From contig JANJGN010000006.1 in the NCBI GenBank assembly GCA_026770705.1, positions 39,246,001 through 39,310,000 of the forward strand: DNA of 64,000 nucleotides, written 5' to 3'. Made by a program: the position numbers and the translations under genes. The number at the start of each line of letters is the position of its first letter. Position 1 is the first letter of the stretch. The notes below the pieces were generated by a model. It ran no database searches. It saw nothing but the letters and a program-made list of their open reading frames with translations, and was not told the DNA's origin. The DNA is from Isurus oxyrinchus (lineage: Eukaryota). This document shows positions 11,681 to 26,145 of the stretch, piece after piece.

Positions 11681-14600
11681 CTACAATCAGACATTAAAGG
11701 AAAGATTATTTTACTGTGTCAAAGATGCAAGGTATTCATACTTGGAGATAATGGAAGGCTCAGAGTCTACTCATTGTAAATTCAGAGATTGCTGTCAAAG
11801 TCCTAGAAAAGTGTTGAAGCTACTGGGTTATAAAGCATTGTGCTGTAAATTGTCCATTTAGTTCTAAGATGAAACAGAGTTGAAATGAAGGATAGCTGAT
11901 TAGTATTTCTACCTGGTTGCAAGGTTAATGTGTTTCACATTGCCATAGGGAAGGGGAGGCCATTTTTGAGATCCTAGCAAATCAATAAATGTCACAGATA
12001 GATGGGAGAGTTCTGTGTGGTCAGCAGAGGGAAATGGCTGCTTAGCTTCGCAAACTAACATAGCCAGATGCAAGAGCGAGACGGTCTCTAGTTGAAGAGA
12101 TGCATCCCACAGCCATCTAAGGATTCTGAGAGATTTGGCCTAGCATGGTTAGGGGAAGAAGAATCATTGGAACAGGCTGTACTGCTTATGGTGGATTTAA
12201 GCAACTAACCGGAAACTGAGGAAAGCACCTAAAGATAGGTCACTTGAAATCGCCAAAATGGGGATCCATGACCCATTGGAAGTTGGGAGCAACTGTGGAC
12301 CAGTTGCTATAAGGACTATAATTCCATGGAGAGTATGATGTACAGTAAGTATAAAAGGAGAATGGTCCTCTCAGTAGTTGAAAATATAAGTTGCCTTCAG
12401 AAATAAAATACTGTTTAATAAAAAGTGCTTTTAGTCATTTGTTACAGTAAAAGTGTTAAACATGACATTTTGATGTTATTCTTTCAGCTATTAACTGGAA
12501 GTTAGAATCACTTTTTAAAAGTTATCACAAAACATAGGAGAACTTTCAAGAGTAGAGAGAAACATGAATGCTCTATTCATTTGTGTTCATGTGGAATTGA
12601 CTTAATTTCATTGAGCATTGATGACTCTATAAAGATTGTGCAAATAAGAAACAGTATGGATATTTTAAACATTTAATTTTGCTGATCAGAAGTCCTATTC
12701 TGTGACTTTTTTGAGAACTCTTCAATATTTTATTTACAGACAAGTAAGAAGGAATGTATTGCAGGAGCATTAACATTTATCACAGTCTTGCATGCTATTT
12801 CTAATCTGTGGATTTGTTCCAGTTCAAAGGAAGAATGAGACTTCACTGGAGCTGTGCCTAGAAATCTATGACTTTGACACTATCCTCAGAGCAATATATT
12901 CTAAATAACTGAAGATATTCGGAACCAACACTATTCCCTGCAATTAGCCTACAAATTTTTCTGAATTTACCCCTTAAAAGTCTGGTTGCATCCACTATAC
13001 ATTTAATAAAAATAACCTAAACACTGAAAATTGTAGGATTCTCTATTTCTTGGTTTCATTCAGTATAGAGAGAATACAAAGATGCTGATCTTTGCCTGGG
13101 GAAGTCAGTGTTATTGTGGTGATAAGGCCCTTCGAACTGAGATCGGTTGACTTACTACCACATTGACGCCAATGCCACAACTACCACCATCTTGAAGGTG
13201 ATGTGCCCGAGATGCCCAGCAAGTCCACCTTGGAAGAGATGGTAGATTTCTTTCCCCGGTTGTAATTTTAAAGGGACGCATGGGTGAAACATGTGCCAAC
13301 CATGAGTATTGATGTTCCAATCAAGAAATGTCAAGAAAGAATTAGGGGATGTTTGTTTTGTGGAGTCAGAGGGTTCTTTGTGGCTCCCTTTTAAAAAAAA
13401 TTACCTCACTGTGGCCTCATTCCCCCTCCCCCACTCACTTGCAGGCCCCTGCAAATATCTCAGTCACTTGATGTTTCTGAGATTAAAGACTGGTGAGCTG
13501 CATCAGGAGTCCATGTGCCTGCAGCTCTCCTGTCAAAGTCAAGTGAGGGTATGGCTACAAAATCACGGCAACCTCTGCTATCAGAATAGCTGCCCTTAAG
13601 TCAAAATCGATCCAACTGAACTGTATTATAAAATGATAATATTTTAATGAGACACATGGGTGGAGCATGTGCCAACCGTGTCCCACCCACGTGTACTGGT
13701 GTTCCAACCAAGAAATGTCGAGATGTCAAGTTTAATTGAAGCTATAAGAAGAGCACAGGGCACTGGGTATTGCAATGGGTTTGATATTTGCCTTTCAACT
13801 TTGGGACCACTGTTCAGGTTCAGAACAGCAGGATGAAGTCTTCTCTGTGCAATGAATATTTAGTATCCCATGTTAAATCAGTCTCTAGTGTCTGATGGGC
13901 AAGAGGCCATAGCACAAAATTGGCATTAACTGGTACTAAAATTACAACTTCACTTAGGATTCCAAATGTAGGAAAATGTTAGACTGGCCCAGTGTGGGTT
14001 GCTCTTAATTTGAAGCTGAGGTGCTGCAGAGCAACGGAATCATCAAATCACTCCATACCTACTGTGTGATGCTGATACAGGGCACCCAAGATGACAGTGT
14101 TCCATTTGTCTGCATTAAAATTGCCTCAGTTTTATGAGCATCAAATTCACACAAAAAATTATTTAAACTGTGGTTTCTGGTTTTAATCTTATGTTTGTTC
14201 GAAAAATGTATGTATTTTGTTCTAATAGTAGCATTTGTGGAAGAAACCTGGATACCATTTTTTCTTAATTTTTCTCCGTCCTACTTCTCAGACCATTAGC
14301 TAATGTTGGAACATGGGCCTATGAGTGTCGACAATCCTTGGATGCCTTATCCATTTTTCATATGTGGCCTGTGGTAGCGAATGTCGACAGGGTATTTGCT
14401 GATAATGTTGAGCTCAACTATGGTCTAGACATAAGAAACCATTGTGTGGGGCAAGGATGGGGAGTGAGAAACATGGCAGATTTTAATCGTCCCTAATTCT
14501 GGAGCGCTGTGACCTCAAAGCACCCTGATGAGCTCCCCTAACTTAGAACATACCTGACGTATATAATTTAGAGTTTGACCAAGCAGTGCAGTTATATGCT

Positions 14601-15073
14601 GAGCCATTAAGTGATCTGTTTCCGATACTTTTTTATGGTGAAAAATGTTATCAATAACTCAGAGAAGTATTGTCGGTTTGAATTATTGTCCATTATGCAA
14701 ATCATTTCTGTTCGAATAATGTGCCAACGAAAAAGTGCATAAAATCATAATTATAGGCTCAGTTCTTTAACTAATTATAAATTGTTTAGATACTAGAGAA
14801 GGATGAAGACTATAGAGTAAATTTTCTGCTCCAGGGTTCCTAGTGCAGAAGCCCACGTAACAAGAACATTAATTATGGACAGCATATCAGGCTCCAAATG
14901 TGTAATTTCCCAATATGTGCTCCCATTGGGTTCTGTCCCACACTGGCAACACTGAAATAGAAAACTTTCCCTTATAATTTACACTGCAAATGTCTTGTGA
15001 ACAAAGTGTAAACTCTTCAGCGACTGTATAAGAAACACAGATCCTAGTAATTTACATATCTCTTTCATTTTAG

Positions 15074-15285
15074 GCCTATGTGTTTTGTTAAGCAGCTCGA
15101 GATCCCACAGTATGGCTACAGACACAGTGTTTCCACCACCACACCTCGATCTAATCTGGCAAAAGAACTGGAGAAATACTCTAAGACTACATTTGAATAT
15201 AACAATTACGACAACCAAGCTTTTGGAAAACGAGCTATTGCTCCCAAAGTCCAGGCTCGGGATGCGTCTCCCAAAGGGTATGACG
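15074..15285 (+). CDS. MYT1L: Myelin transcription factor 1-like, internal coding exon (phase 2 start, phase 1 end)
   Basis: Encodes (R)[70 protein letters not shown], matching my recollection of vertebrate MYT1L; acceptor tctctttcattttag and donor G|gtaag. Confidence 0.95.
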
Positions 15286-15438
15286 GTAAGAAAAGTAATG
15301 CTTTATAATATCATGGAAGGGTGATAATGTGAGTTAAAAGGAGAATTGTTTTCAAGAACTAAAACAAAGCAATCCTTGTCTTTGCAAATTATTTGGACTC
15401 GATTTGTGAGTATTGCTGACAGTTATTTCAGACACTAG

Positions 15439-16085
15439 GGGCTGAATTTTACCCCCTTCGGCGGGGGAAGTTCATGGGCAGGCACGTATGGGCACACTTC
15501 CGATCAGTGCCCCCGATCGGCAGCGCAGCGCCATTTTACGTGGCGGGCCGAATTAAGGCCCATCCAGTGTGGCATCCACACAGAAGCGTTATGCGCTTCC
15601 TGTACGGGTGGGTGAATGCCTAAAATTGAGAGTGCGCTCTTTCATGCATGCACATGAAAGACCGCACTCATCTCCCTGAGGCTAAGTGCTGCCTCAGGGA
15701 GGTCGGCTCTACTTTCAAAAATAGTAAAAATAGAAAAAAAAAAATTCCCTTAAATGTCCCCTTATGTGACAATGTCACATGAGTTGGGGCATGTTCATAA
15801 TTTCCAAAAAAACTTAAAACCCTACATGAAACCTCATCCCGCCTGTGGATGAGATTTCATATTTTTCCTACTTCCTGCTGGGGCTCCTGGCCTGCCCGCC
15901 AACCTTAAGGTTGGACAGGCAGGTCCACTAATTACTTTATTTGCTCTGTCAATGGCATCATTTGGCCATTGATAGGTCGGCAGGTGCGCAGCTAATTTTG
16001 CTGCGTCCCTGCCTTCCTGAAAATTTAAATGGGGCACAGTGACGTCGAGAGTTCCGCCCCCACTCGCTGATGTAAAATCCAGCCC
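15439..16085. mobile_element. PIF/Harbinger-like MITE, family A (opposite orientation to the 6865 copy)
   Basis: TIRs gggctgaatttt / aaaatccagccc; flanks TAG/TAT. Confidence 0.8.
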
Positions 16086-16088
16086 TAT

Positions 16089-16782
16089 GGGAGAAGGATG
16101 GGAGGTGGGGAGGGAAGGCAAGGCCATTAAATTGGGTGGGATGGCGAAGGGCTGCCTTCTCCTTTTTGCCTTCTTGCTGCTGCTGGGACTAGTTGGTGGG
16201 TGGCACCTCCTCAGGCCAATTCAGGCCCTTAAAGTGGCCAATTAATGCCACTAAAGGGCCTCTTCCTACTGCTGCCGTATTTTGTTAGTGGCAGATGGGC
16301 ACCTTGCGGCCTCCCAGCGGGCTCAGGGGGGTTGTGAGGGTGGTGCCCTCCTGATTGGAACTCTGTAGCCCATAGAGGACCTCTCCCCCAGCAGCAAGCA
16401 CCCACACTGCTGGAAGACTTCCCCCTTGCCCTCACAATAGATCGGCCACCACCATCACCTCACCAGGGCCTGTCTGATTGGCCCCAGTGATCCCCAGCCC
16501 CCCTTGCCTTTACTCTGGGCCTCTGACATGGCTGCTCCAAGATCTGCTGCAGCCCCATCAGTGGCCATCACTTCCAGTGGTGCTGCTGGGACTGAAGAGC
16601 TGCTGGCCCTCTTATTGGCTGGAAGCTCTTGAAGGATGGATATCATCTCCCAGAGGGGAGGAAGCCACAACTGCAAGTAGTTAACTGCTTGTCAATGTAA
16701 AATCTAGTCATGGCTTCCATGGCCAGTGGAAACACTTTCTGCCCAGTGGACAGGGCAACTTCTGCCCTGTAAAATCACAGTC
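16089..16782. mobile_element. MITE family B copy abutting the family A copy
   Basis: Shares cttaaagtggccaattaatgc and gagctgctggccctcttattggctggaagctctt with 760-1485; ends approximate. Confidence 0.5.
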
Positions 16783-18219
16783 TATATCTGACTAAAACTA
16801 CTTGTGAATATAATAACACCTTTAGGACCTTTGAAGCACAGTAGCAATCAAGATTGTAGATATTGTTAAACAAATTATTGGGAATGAGATTTAAACTCAA
16901 TGTTCCCTTTTTCTGGATGGAAAATGGGTGCAAAGAGGTCAAGTGTGGAAGGTCAAATGCCTGCACCCCATTAGTGACGGAAACACATCCGAGGCCATAT
17001 TGGATCGCTGTGGGGGCGACTTGCCGGCTGTCAGAACAAACTTTGGGCCCTTTGACTATGCTAAAGAGGGGCCTTACATGTGTTTTAGGACACAAATAGA
17101 AACCAGTTACACTGAACGCTGCTGTGTTTAGGATTATGAGATTGACAGGCAGAATAACCAGAGCTCCTTTTGGATCCTGCCACCAAAAAAGTATGATTTT
17201 TAATGAACTACTTAGCTGAATCTGGAGCCAGTAGGAGATTTCCACATTAAAACCATAATCTGCTGCCAGCCACTGTTCACTCCCTCCCCAGCCCTGCCCT
17301 CACGACCGATGAGCTCCCTTTGGGGATACGACTGGTACCTTCAGATTCCGTTAATAAATAAATAAGGCAGTTGGAACAATCTGTTATGGTCCTGCCAGCA
17401 GCCTCTTTAATCACTGCACTCATACTGCACCCTGAATTAAGTGAGATCCAACTTCTTATTTCTTCAGCAAATTAGAATATTGAAGGAAAGCAATAATCAT
17501 GTAGAAAAATAAAACAATTAAAAATATGAAGGTCTACTTGTGTATATGTCATATTTGGAAAACTTGTCTTCTTTGTGGTTGTATTATTATATATTACATT
17601 ACTATACAAATTGAGACTGCATCACCGAGGTGTGACATTTAATGGTTTTCTTTCCGGAGGTTTATTCCAGGGACACCTGATGAAATTTGACAGCAAAAAA
17701 AAAATTGCAAGAAGGTGAAAGTGAAATGGATTTGTTGACAGCTTTAGTTTAGCCCTGGAGGAACAACACTTCTTCATCATACAAAGTGCCAGAATATGAA
17801 ATTCTTATCACTGAAGCTTGAGTCAAACCCCGTGTAGAATCTTACCTGCCATGCGGTCAAGATTAAATTGGCATAGCAGTCAGCTTGGTATTCGTTGTGG
17901 CTGCCGGCTACATGTGTGGATTAAGTTTGATTCATTCTGATAAGTGACTTGCATTAGAATTGTTCTGTTTCTTGAATAATGTAATGGAAACAAAGGACAA
18001 TGGGAAAGGAAACTAAGGACAGGAGCAATTAAGGTGGGGCACACTGTGGAAGGCCATGTGCGAGAGTAAATTAGAAATGGGCAGCATAGATTTAGAAAAC
18101 CACTGGCCGAGGGCAGTATTGTTCAGATGGAGCTCCGGTCCTATTCTCTGAAAGCGGTGACTGCATTTCCTCTGCTGTACTGGGCCTTGTATAGCCTCAG
18201 TGATATCACATGTATTGGG

Positions 18220-18745
18220 GTACATACGAGCATATGATTTAGGAGCAGGAGTAGGCCACTTGGCGCCTCTAGCTTGCTCCACCATTCAATAAGATCTTGA
18301 CTGATCTGATTGTAACCTCCTGCCTACCCCTGATAACCTTTCACCCTCTTGTTTATCAAGAATCTATCTACTCCTGCCTTAAAAATATTCAAAGACTCTG
18401 TTTCCATTGTCTTTTGAGGAAAGAGTTCCAAAGGCTGACTACCCTCTGAGAGAAAAAACATCTTCTCATCTCTGTCTTAAACAGGCAACCTTTTATTTTT
18501 AAACAGTGACCCCCTAGTTCTAGATTCTCCCACAAGAGGAAACAACCTCTCCACATGCACCCTGTCAAGCCCCCTTAGGATCTTAAAGTTACAATCAAGT
18601 TGCCTCTTACTCTTCTAAACTCCAGTGGATACAAGCCTAACCTGCCTAACCATTCCTCATATGACAACCTGCCCATTCCTGTTATTAGTCTAGTAAACCT
18701 TCTTTGAACTGCTGCCAACACATTTACATCTTTCCTTACATAAGG
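18220..18745 (-). mobile_element. CR1 LINE 3' fragment
   Basis: Reverse complement of the CR1 3' end (aggagcaggagtaggcca ... accctctgagagaaaaaa ... cttctaaactcca). Confidence 0.8.
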
Positions 18746-21658
18746 AGTGTTGCCTAGTTACTCTTCGTTTATGCCAATGCATCATAGGGCAATCTCCAGT
18801 GGTGTTAACAGTTAATGGTGGTGTTATGAATACAGTGGAAAGCCTTTTTTTTGTCATTAGAGTAACTGCAGTATATTTAGGAATACCTCATTGTCAGGTT
18901 TTCTGAATCTGGTTGAAACAGTAGGTGAAACCAATAGTAAGCAAATTTGTGCTGCTTGTTTCAGTATAAATTTAAAGTGAATTTCCAAAGTCAAAAACTT
19001 TGGATTGATTCAGCAAAATAAATTTGGAAGAAGCAAATTAAATAGTTGAAATAATAAACATGACTGTCTTTAAAAAGTCCCATGCTAAAAGCAGTGTCAT
19101 GCATCACTAGTTCCAATCTCAGTGCCTCCTCCCTGACGTACCTTCATTCAGGCATCTCAGTGTGATCTAGATGACTGAACGTGTGCTCTGCATTGATGCT
19201 GTCTGTCACTCGATAGAGAAGATGAAGCATGCCCTGTGCCAAATGGAGAAAGCTGCCAAATGGAGAAGCTGGTGTCACACCAGAACCACAGTCAGGTTTA
19301 ACCCCGTTTTTGGAATTCATCCTTCTGCACAGGGGGAGGGAGAAATAAACTAAAATCAAAAAGATGAATTAAATTTATTGGAGGATACAGTTCACAAAGT
19401 AACCAAATAACCTCAGAAAGAAACTTTAGTACATTTTCTTTTTCCATTCGGTTCAAGATAATATGTTAATTTACATTTTTAGTCAAAAGTTAGGAATTCC
19501 CATACTGTTCTGAATTTTAAAGGAAGATACCAAACAAGTGTTTTATCTTTGTTATGTTTACGAATGAAACAATGGAAACATACAGTAATGAAATACAAAT
19601 ATAGTTTTTGAGGTTTCCAGCATTCTGGGCGAGTGCTTTGGCTGTCTCCATTTGATTGGCTTAGGGAAATTGCCCAAGTCTATATGGACAGCTTGGAAAT
19701 GAAGTTTAACATAGATATCTAGAAAAGGTGGGAAGGCCTGAATTGGCACATAAGCAAACCATATCAAATCAGCCAAGCCCAGTGGAGCAGAATCATCTGC
19801 TCAGTAGGTTTATCCAGCACAAGTTGAGGGACAAGAGGGTCATGTACTCTTAGATACCATGTGAGACTGGAAGAGTGATTGTAATACACAGCAACACACA
19901 GCATCTGTATATTTCTGGCATAACACCATTTTCTGACACATGTCCTCATTATAGATGGTGATCTGAGAGTCACATATGTACAATCAATAGGGCTCTAGAC
20001 AGTTGTAAAGCCTGCCATTTAATTGAAATCATAGTTGGCTTGCTGTTGCTCCTGCTGTGACCCAGGAATCCAGATACTGAGATGTACTCGCCTGAGAGCA
20101 TCTGTCACCTACGACATGCAGTATGACATGGATGGCTAACTCACTGAGTTTCCCTGCACGACATGCCTTATTAAAACTATACCTCCTGATGACTTGGGCA
20201 CCTGTCCAATCCTGGAATATTATTATAGTAAACACCAACGCATCTGAAAGAGGGATCTTGCTGACATTTCTCGATACTGTTAGGTGAGCATTAAGGAAAA
20301 ATGTGTAAATTGTTTTTGGAAAAGTGAATAAATCTCAATATGATGAGGTACTGATTTCTGCTAAGTTACAGAAGCTATGTTTGAAAATTTCTCCAGATTG
20401 CAACTCACTTATCAGCAAGATTTAATAAATGGCAGATAAAAAATCAGTTTGTATGCGTCAGTTTGAATTTGAATCCTTAATATTTATACATGTGCAAACA
20501 TCGACATTTGGAACACTATTTTCACAATTCTATACTAGTGACTAATCCCCTTCCAGAATGGCTTCTGTGGGGAAACATATCCCAATTTGTTGTGCTTTGA
20601 ATGCTTCATGACACCAGTTGCTAATTTAGTGGAAGAATTGAAGCTTTTCCTCCAAATGGTATCCTTTTAATACTACAGGACTGGCAAGACAGCTATTAGA
20701 CTAGCTGTGAATGGGTTGAATCAGATCAGTGGCTACAGGGAAGAACCAGGTAAAAATAAAATGGAAAAATTCAAAACACAGAGTTGCCAATTTAAGAGGA
20801 GCTTTGTAAGACTGTACAGAAATGCTGCACGCAAGAAAAAGCAACATAGGGAATGCTGGTGTTCATTAATAATGTAATAAATCTTACAGCTATATTTGTG
20901 GAGGAGTTTGAATTAGAAATTAAGTATAACAGTCGCGTGAAAAGTGGTGCAATGTTGAAGCAGATTAATGTGATGTTTAGCACTGTAAGAGAAAGCAATA
21001 CATATTTGTGTGCAACAAAAATTGCAAGATATGAGCTTGAATTGGGCACATGGAAATATTGAATTTTCTTCCTTGGCTAGTGAGCAATTGGGAATAGGTG
21101 TGTTGTTTGAAATGATCAATGTGATACTTGAGAAAAATGCTGTAGTAATAATGTTTGTTATACTGAAATAGTGGACTACTTTTTCTAATACACTTTCCAT
21201 CTCTCTTTCCCATTTATTTCAGCTTTTAGACTTACAAGGACAGTGTGCAGTTTGGCTGTGAAGCTGTTGATTAGATTGGTTAAAGCTAGGGCAGTAATAA
21301 GAGCATTTAAGATATATATGTCTTCTAGGAACATCTATACTTGTCTTTTCCAATTTGGGGTGGGCTTAGCAGAGAAAGATTCAATTTGAGGAATTTGTAG
21401 ATTGAGTGGCAAAGACCATTTTGAAATATTTGCTCTCCATTTCATCCTGTGATATAACAATGGTTGATTTTGATGTATCGTGTAACATATATGTATTATT
21501 ATTGCTAATTAAGATGTTCTGAAAATGTTTAATATGAAAACAGAAAATGTTGGAAGTACTCAGTTCATGACAAGGGGTGGGGAAAGAAGTTAACTTTATC
21601 GATATGAAGAGTTAACTTTTTTTCTCAGATCCAACATTGCACAGGACTACATTTAGAA

Positions 21659-22174
21659 CAGTGGTTTGCAAAGTGTGGTCCGCAGATGCCTAGTGGCCCA
21701 TGACGGTCCTCAAGATAGCCTATGGACTGGTCCAAATGCAAGTCAGTAACCTGCAACACCACAGCCAAAGCCATAGGAGAACACAGGCCAGTACCCCACC
21801 ATTCACATGACGCCACACAACCAGACTGGTTCCTGTCTACACGAGTTGCATGTGCAAGCAATAAAAATGTAGTTTTATAAGCAAGATTTATGTTACCATC
21901 ACAATATACAACTGTGAGATCAGATTTTCAACACTTGTGGGACTGAAGACAATGAAGAGGAATTGGCTGAATGTGAAGCCCAAAGTGAGACCAAAGTTCT
22001 CCAGCTTATAACCATACATGACGTCATTGGTGTCTCATCAAAAGCAGCACCATTCTTCCCATTGATGGTGTTTAGTTTTTTGCAGTGGAAGGTGAGAGTG
22101 AATGGGGTAGGCGGGTGGTGGGGTCTTTTGCCCCAGCTAAGTGGCCCATGGATGAAAAGGTTTGAGAATTACTG
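21659..22174. mobile_element. hAT (Charlie-like) non-autonomous DNA transposon
   Basis: TIRs cagtggtttgcaaa / tttgagaattactg with an 8-bp TSD atttagaa/atttagag (7 of 8 match). Confidence 0.75.
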
Positions 22175-22566
22175 ATTTAGAGTATACTGAGGTAAAGAGG
22201 CCTCTAATTTTAGGAACCCATACTTCATCTACACCAGCAGCTGCTCCAACATTTAACTTAGTTGGTGGTAGTTGGTAGTGTCTAAATGTTGATTTACAAA
22301 ATGGAAGAAATTAAATATAAGAGAGTGAACCTTAGAATACTGTTGGAGCAGCATGTGTAGATGAGATGTGGGCTCCCAAAATCAAGTCTCAGACTTCTGG
22401 ACACCCAGATGTCTTTCATTCAGGATGTTCCAACTGCAGTTGCTGGAAATCTCTTAGAAATCATATGATAGTCTATTCATTTCAGCATTCACATTTAAGG
22501 GAGCAGTACTTTCAAAAGCTTTCCTCTTAGTCTCAGCTTTGGTTGATCATACATAAAATCATATTT

Positions 22567-23180
22567 TGTTACAGTAATTTGATTGGGAGAAGGTTTAAAA
22601 TGAAAGGTTTTTGCGGAAGGTTTTTTGGGAATAGCAAGAGTTTAAAAAACCATTAGGGGGAGAAAGTATTGAGATTTAGTCAATGAGGAAGAAAAAAATT
22701 GACACACAGGGTGGGTGTTTTTTACATTTGCAATCTGATTGAAAAGGCCAAATCCATGAGAATTTGAAATGAGGTTAGAAGATTTGTCTAGCCTGCACTA
22801 GAGGGAGAAACTTCAGTGTAAACTGTCACCAGGAAAGCCAGTTCTGGGGTTATAAGTTACTACTAGGCTGGGAAAGGAAAGCAATGGAAGTAAACCCTCA
22901 AGAGCTAAGAATCATTTTAGATTGACTACAGGAAAATTGTAAGACTACTTAAGGCATGGTGTAATGTATACTTCTGAAGTAGGTTTGGCAGTTGTGTTAA
23001 AAGTAAAATAGGAAAGTTCTGTTCTATAGTTTTAGGTATAAGTGCCTACAGTGCCTTTCAGTCTCTTTGTTACAGTAAAAGTGTTGAATGCGAAATCTTG
23101 CCATGTCATCCTTTCAGCTATCAACTGGAAATTCAAATTCCTTTTTTGTAAAGTTATCAATCTCTTTGGGGATCATAACA
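22567..23180. mobile_element. Probable solo LTR
   Basis: Begins tgttac and ends ataaca; its last ~90 bp resemble 12440-12525 (gttacagtaaaagtgtt...ctttcagctat.aactggaa). No TSD seen. Confidence 0.4.
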
Positions 23181-23699
23181 AGATGGGCACAAGTAGATCC
23201 CATCATGGGAATGTCTAGCCCAAGGAAGCTTGGAGATGCCATTTTTCAGAAGGAATGTTAAACTGAAGCTGTATCCACCCTCTCAGTGTAAAGGATCACA
23301 TAGCACTATTTTGAAGAAGAGCCGAAGAGCTCTCCCCAGAGTCCTGGCCAGTACTTACCTGAAAGTTTTCATTGGAATTAACTAGACCATCTTGAGTTAT
23401 CTGATAGTCATTTTATAAGCAAAGATTCCAGAATTGACTGTATGTCATTCAAAATAGTATAAAAATACATCAGTGATTATAGTAATAGTCATGGATCATG
23501 TCACGCTTCTTTAAAGTGCAGTGTCCCCAGATTTACTTGGCAAGTTTGAGACAATGTATGTGATTTGGTGATAATTGCATGGTATACGAAAATAAAAGAA
23601 CCGTTTTAATGCGCACCTTTTTTTAGGGACTATAATTACATACAAAGAGAGGGAAAAAAGAGAGAGAACCACAGATGTACTTATTGATAGACAGGTATA

Positions 23700-24160
23700 T
23701 TGAGTTACATTGAATCTAGAGGACAGAAATGGGTCATTCAGCCTATTTGGTCTTTGCCGGTGTTAATGTTCCACAGGAGCCTCCTCTCAGGCTTTTCATC
23801 TAACCTTATCAGTGTGTCTTTCCTTTCCTTTCTCCTTCTTTTGTTTATCCAATTTCATTTTAAATGCATCAATGCTTTTTGCGTCAACTATTCCAGGTGG
23901 TTAAGTTCCACATTCTTGCCACTCATTGGCTAAAGAAGCTTCCCCTGAATTACCATTTGGATTTTTTAGTGACTATTGTAAATTTATGGCTCCTAGATTT
24001 TGAATGCCTTGCAAGTGAAAATATCATCTCTAAAGTTACCTATCAAACCCCTTCGCCATTTTAAAGACCTCATCAGGTCACCTCTCAGCTTTTCTTTTCC
24101 CAGAGAAAGGAGCCTCAGCCTGTTCAGATTTTCCTGATAGTTATAACCTCTCAGTTCTAG
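23700..24160 (-). mobile_element. CR1 LINE 3' fragment (old)
   Basis: Minus strand encodes LRGYNYQENLNRLRLLSLGKEKLRGDL, like the CR1 ORF2 C-terminus. Confidence 0.75.
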
Positions 24161-24954
24161 TACAGATACTGAGAACCACCACATGCTCAGGGATAGAGAA
24201 AGGGAATGAAAGGTTAACAGGCACACATGGACACAGGAGAAGATGACAAATACAGGCACAGGAAAACAGAAAGCGAACCATAGCTGCACATAGAGAAAGA
24301 AAGATGGAAAAATGAAAATACAAGCAAGAAGAGAGAAAGAGAGAACGAGTGATATGGAAAACTTTGACACACTCAGAGAAGAAAGTATAGGTAATTATAA
24401 GGATAGAGTAAGAGAGAAATATAGACCAAAATCTTATGGAGACAGTGGGGATCTTGGCTGCCAGCTGGAAAGTTAGCAAGAGCCCCACATTGTCTCTTTC
24501 TGGGAAGGCCCACCACATAATGTGACACTCAGATATTTAACAGGTCAATGGTGGGCATTTTCCCTGGATTAAGGACCTCAGGGATGTAAGTCCTGCCCAC
24601 CAAGAGGTGCTGGCTAGTCAGAGGCCTACCATCCTCATTTGCAGTTATGCATGACCTAGCTGGAACCTGCATCCTTACTACAATTCCTCCCAGCTGCTTT
24701 TTGACTGGAGAAGGTCAGGAACATGGTGGGGGTAGAGTAAAGTTTGGGATGTGGGAAGAACATCAGAAAATCTGCGGGAGACAGTCAGTGACATGAGGCG
24801 GGGGCGGTGGGGGAGGAGCGTGATTCAGGTTTACAGTAACTAAGATGGGAGGGAGAAAATGACCCAGTTTGGAAGATAGGTCACCTTCTTCCCCCTCCAA
24901 CAACCCCTATGAGATCGAAACTATGTTCTTCCACCCTGCTTTACAGTTTTTTAT

Positions 24955-25270
24955 TTGTTCTTGGGATGTGTGCATTGCTGGCAAGGCCAACACTTATTGC
25001 CCATCCCTAATTGTGCTTGAGAAAGTGCTGATGAGCTGCCAATGTGAACCATTGCAGTCTATGTGATGTTGTTACACCCACAGTGTCATTAGGGAGGGAG
25101 TTCCAGGATTTTGATCCAGCGACAGTGAAGGAACAGTGATATTGTTCCAAGTCAGGAAGGGAACTTGGAGGTGGTGGATTTTCCGTGCATCTGCTGCCCT
25201 TGTTCTTCTAGGTGGTAGAAGTCATGGGTTTGGAAGGTATTGTTGAGGAAGGCTTGGCGAGTTGCTGCAC
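24955..25270 (-). mobile_element. LINE 3' fragment, same family as 10625-11680
   Basis: Shared gggatgtg..gctggcaaggcca..ttattgcccatccctaattg and ttagggagggagttccaggattttga. Confidence 0.75.
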
Positions 25271-25779
25271 TATGTGTGCCTGCACCAGGTTGTCCCTCTC
25301 CTAACCACGCCTCCTCCCCTTTCCCTACACTGGCTGTTCCCCAGACTTGGATCACACTCTTGACCATGATTTGTCGTGAAGTGGTTTCTCAGAAAACTCA
25401 GCATGTGTGTGGCAAGTGCCATCATTGGACTGAATAAAATCCAGAAGTCATGACACTGTCCCTATTCACTTCATATTGTAAAAGGTGACATGCCACCCCC
25501 ATAATTTCTATCCAATAAATTTGTTAATAATACATGACCCATTCAAAATGCCCATCAGCCAATGCCACTCTCATCCAGAGAGCTGAATTTGACAGTGATT
25601 AATAAAAGTGTGGACACTTCTGATTTTCATTTCACCCATCTTGTCATCCTGCCCATGAGCTGAACAACTCAATGATGTTCTTCTCAGTGTGTGCTAAAAA
25701 TCTGTAGTTTTGCTAGAGATGTCATTTGCTATGACTTCACCCTCATATTATCTCCTTGAATGGAATATGCCTCACTAAA

Positions 25780-26145
25780 CTCAGAAGTGTGAACTGTGAG
25801 TTCTCTGAACTCATGTGAGCCCTGTCTGTTCTCTGGAATCTGTAGTATGAGTGCTGTGTGTTCTCTGAGATCAGTAGGGTGATTCCTGTGGATTCATTAA
25901 ACTTGGAAATATGAGTGCTGTTGAGTGCTCCTAACACACGAATATTAGGCCTTTCCTCAGAAATAAGCAGTGTGATTGCTGGGCATTCTCGGAACTCAGG
26001 AGAGCGATTGCTGGCCAGTCTCTGAGCTTAGGAGTGTGAGTGCTGAACGTTGTCTGAGTACTGTGTGTTCTCCGAGCTCCTCTGAATGAGAAGTTCTAAC
26101 CTGGAAGTGTGAGTCTTCTCCATTCTCTGAAATCAGTAGTGTTAG
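25780..26145. repeat. Degenerate ~31-nt minisatellite
   Basis: Recurring tcaggagtgtgagtgctg..ttctctga-like unit, about ten diverged copies. Confidence 0.55.

Noticed and set aside
13270-13725. ~60-bp local direct repeat (13275-13335 and 13650-13722)
   Set aside because: Short, diverged duplication with no further structure.
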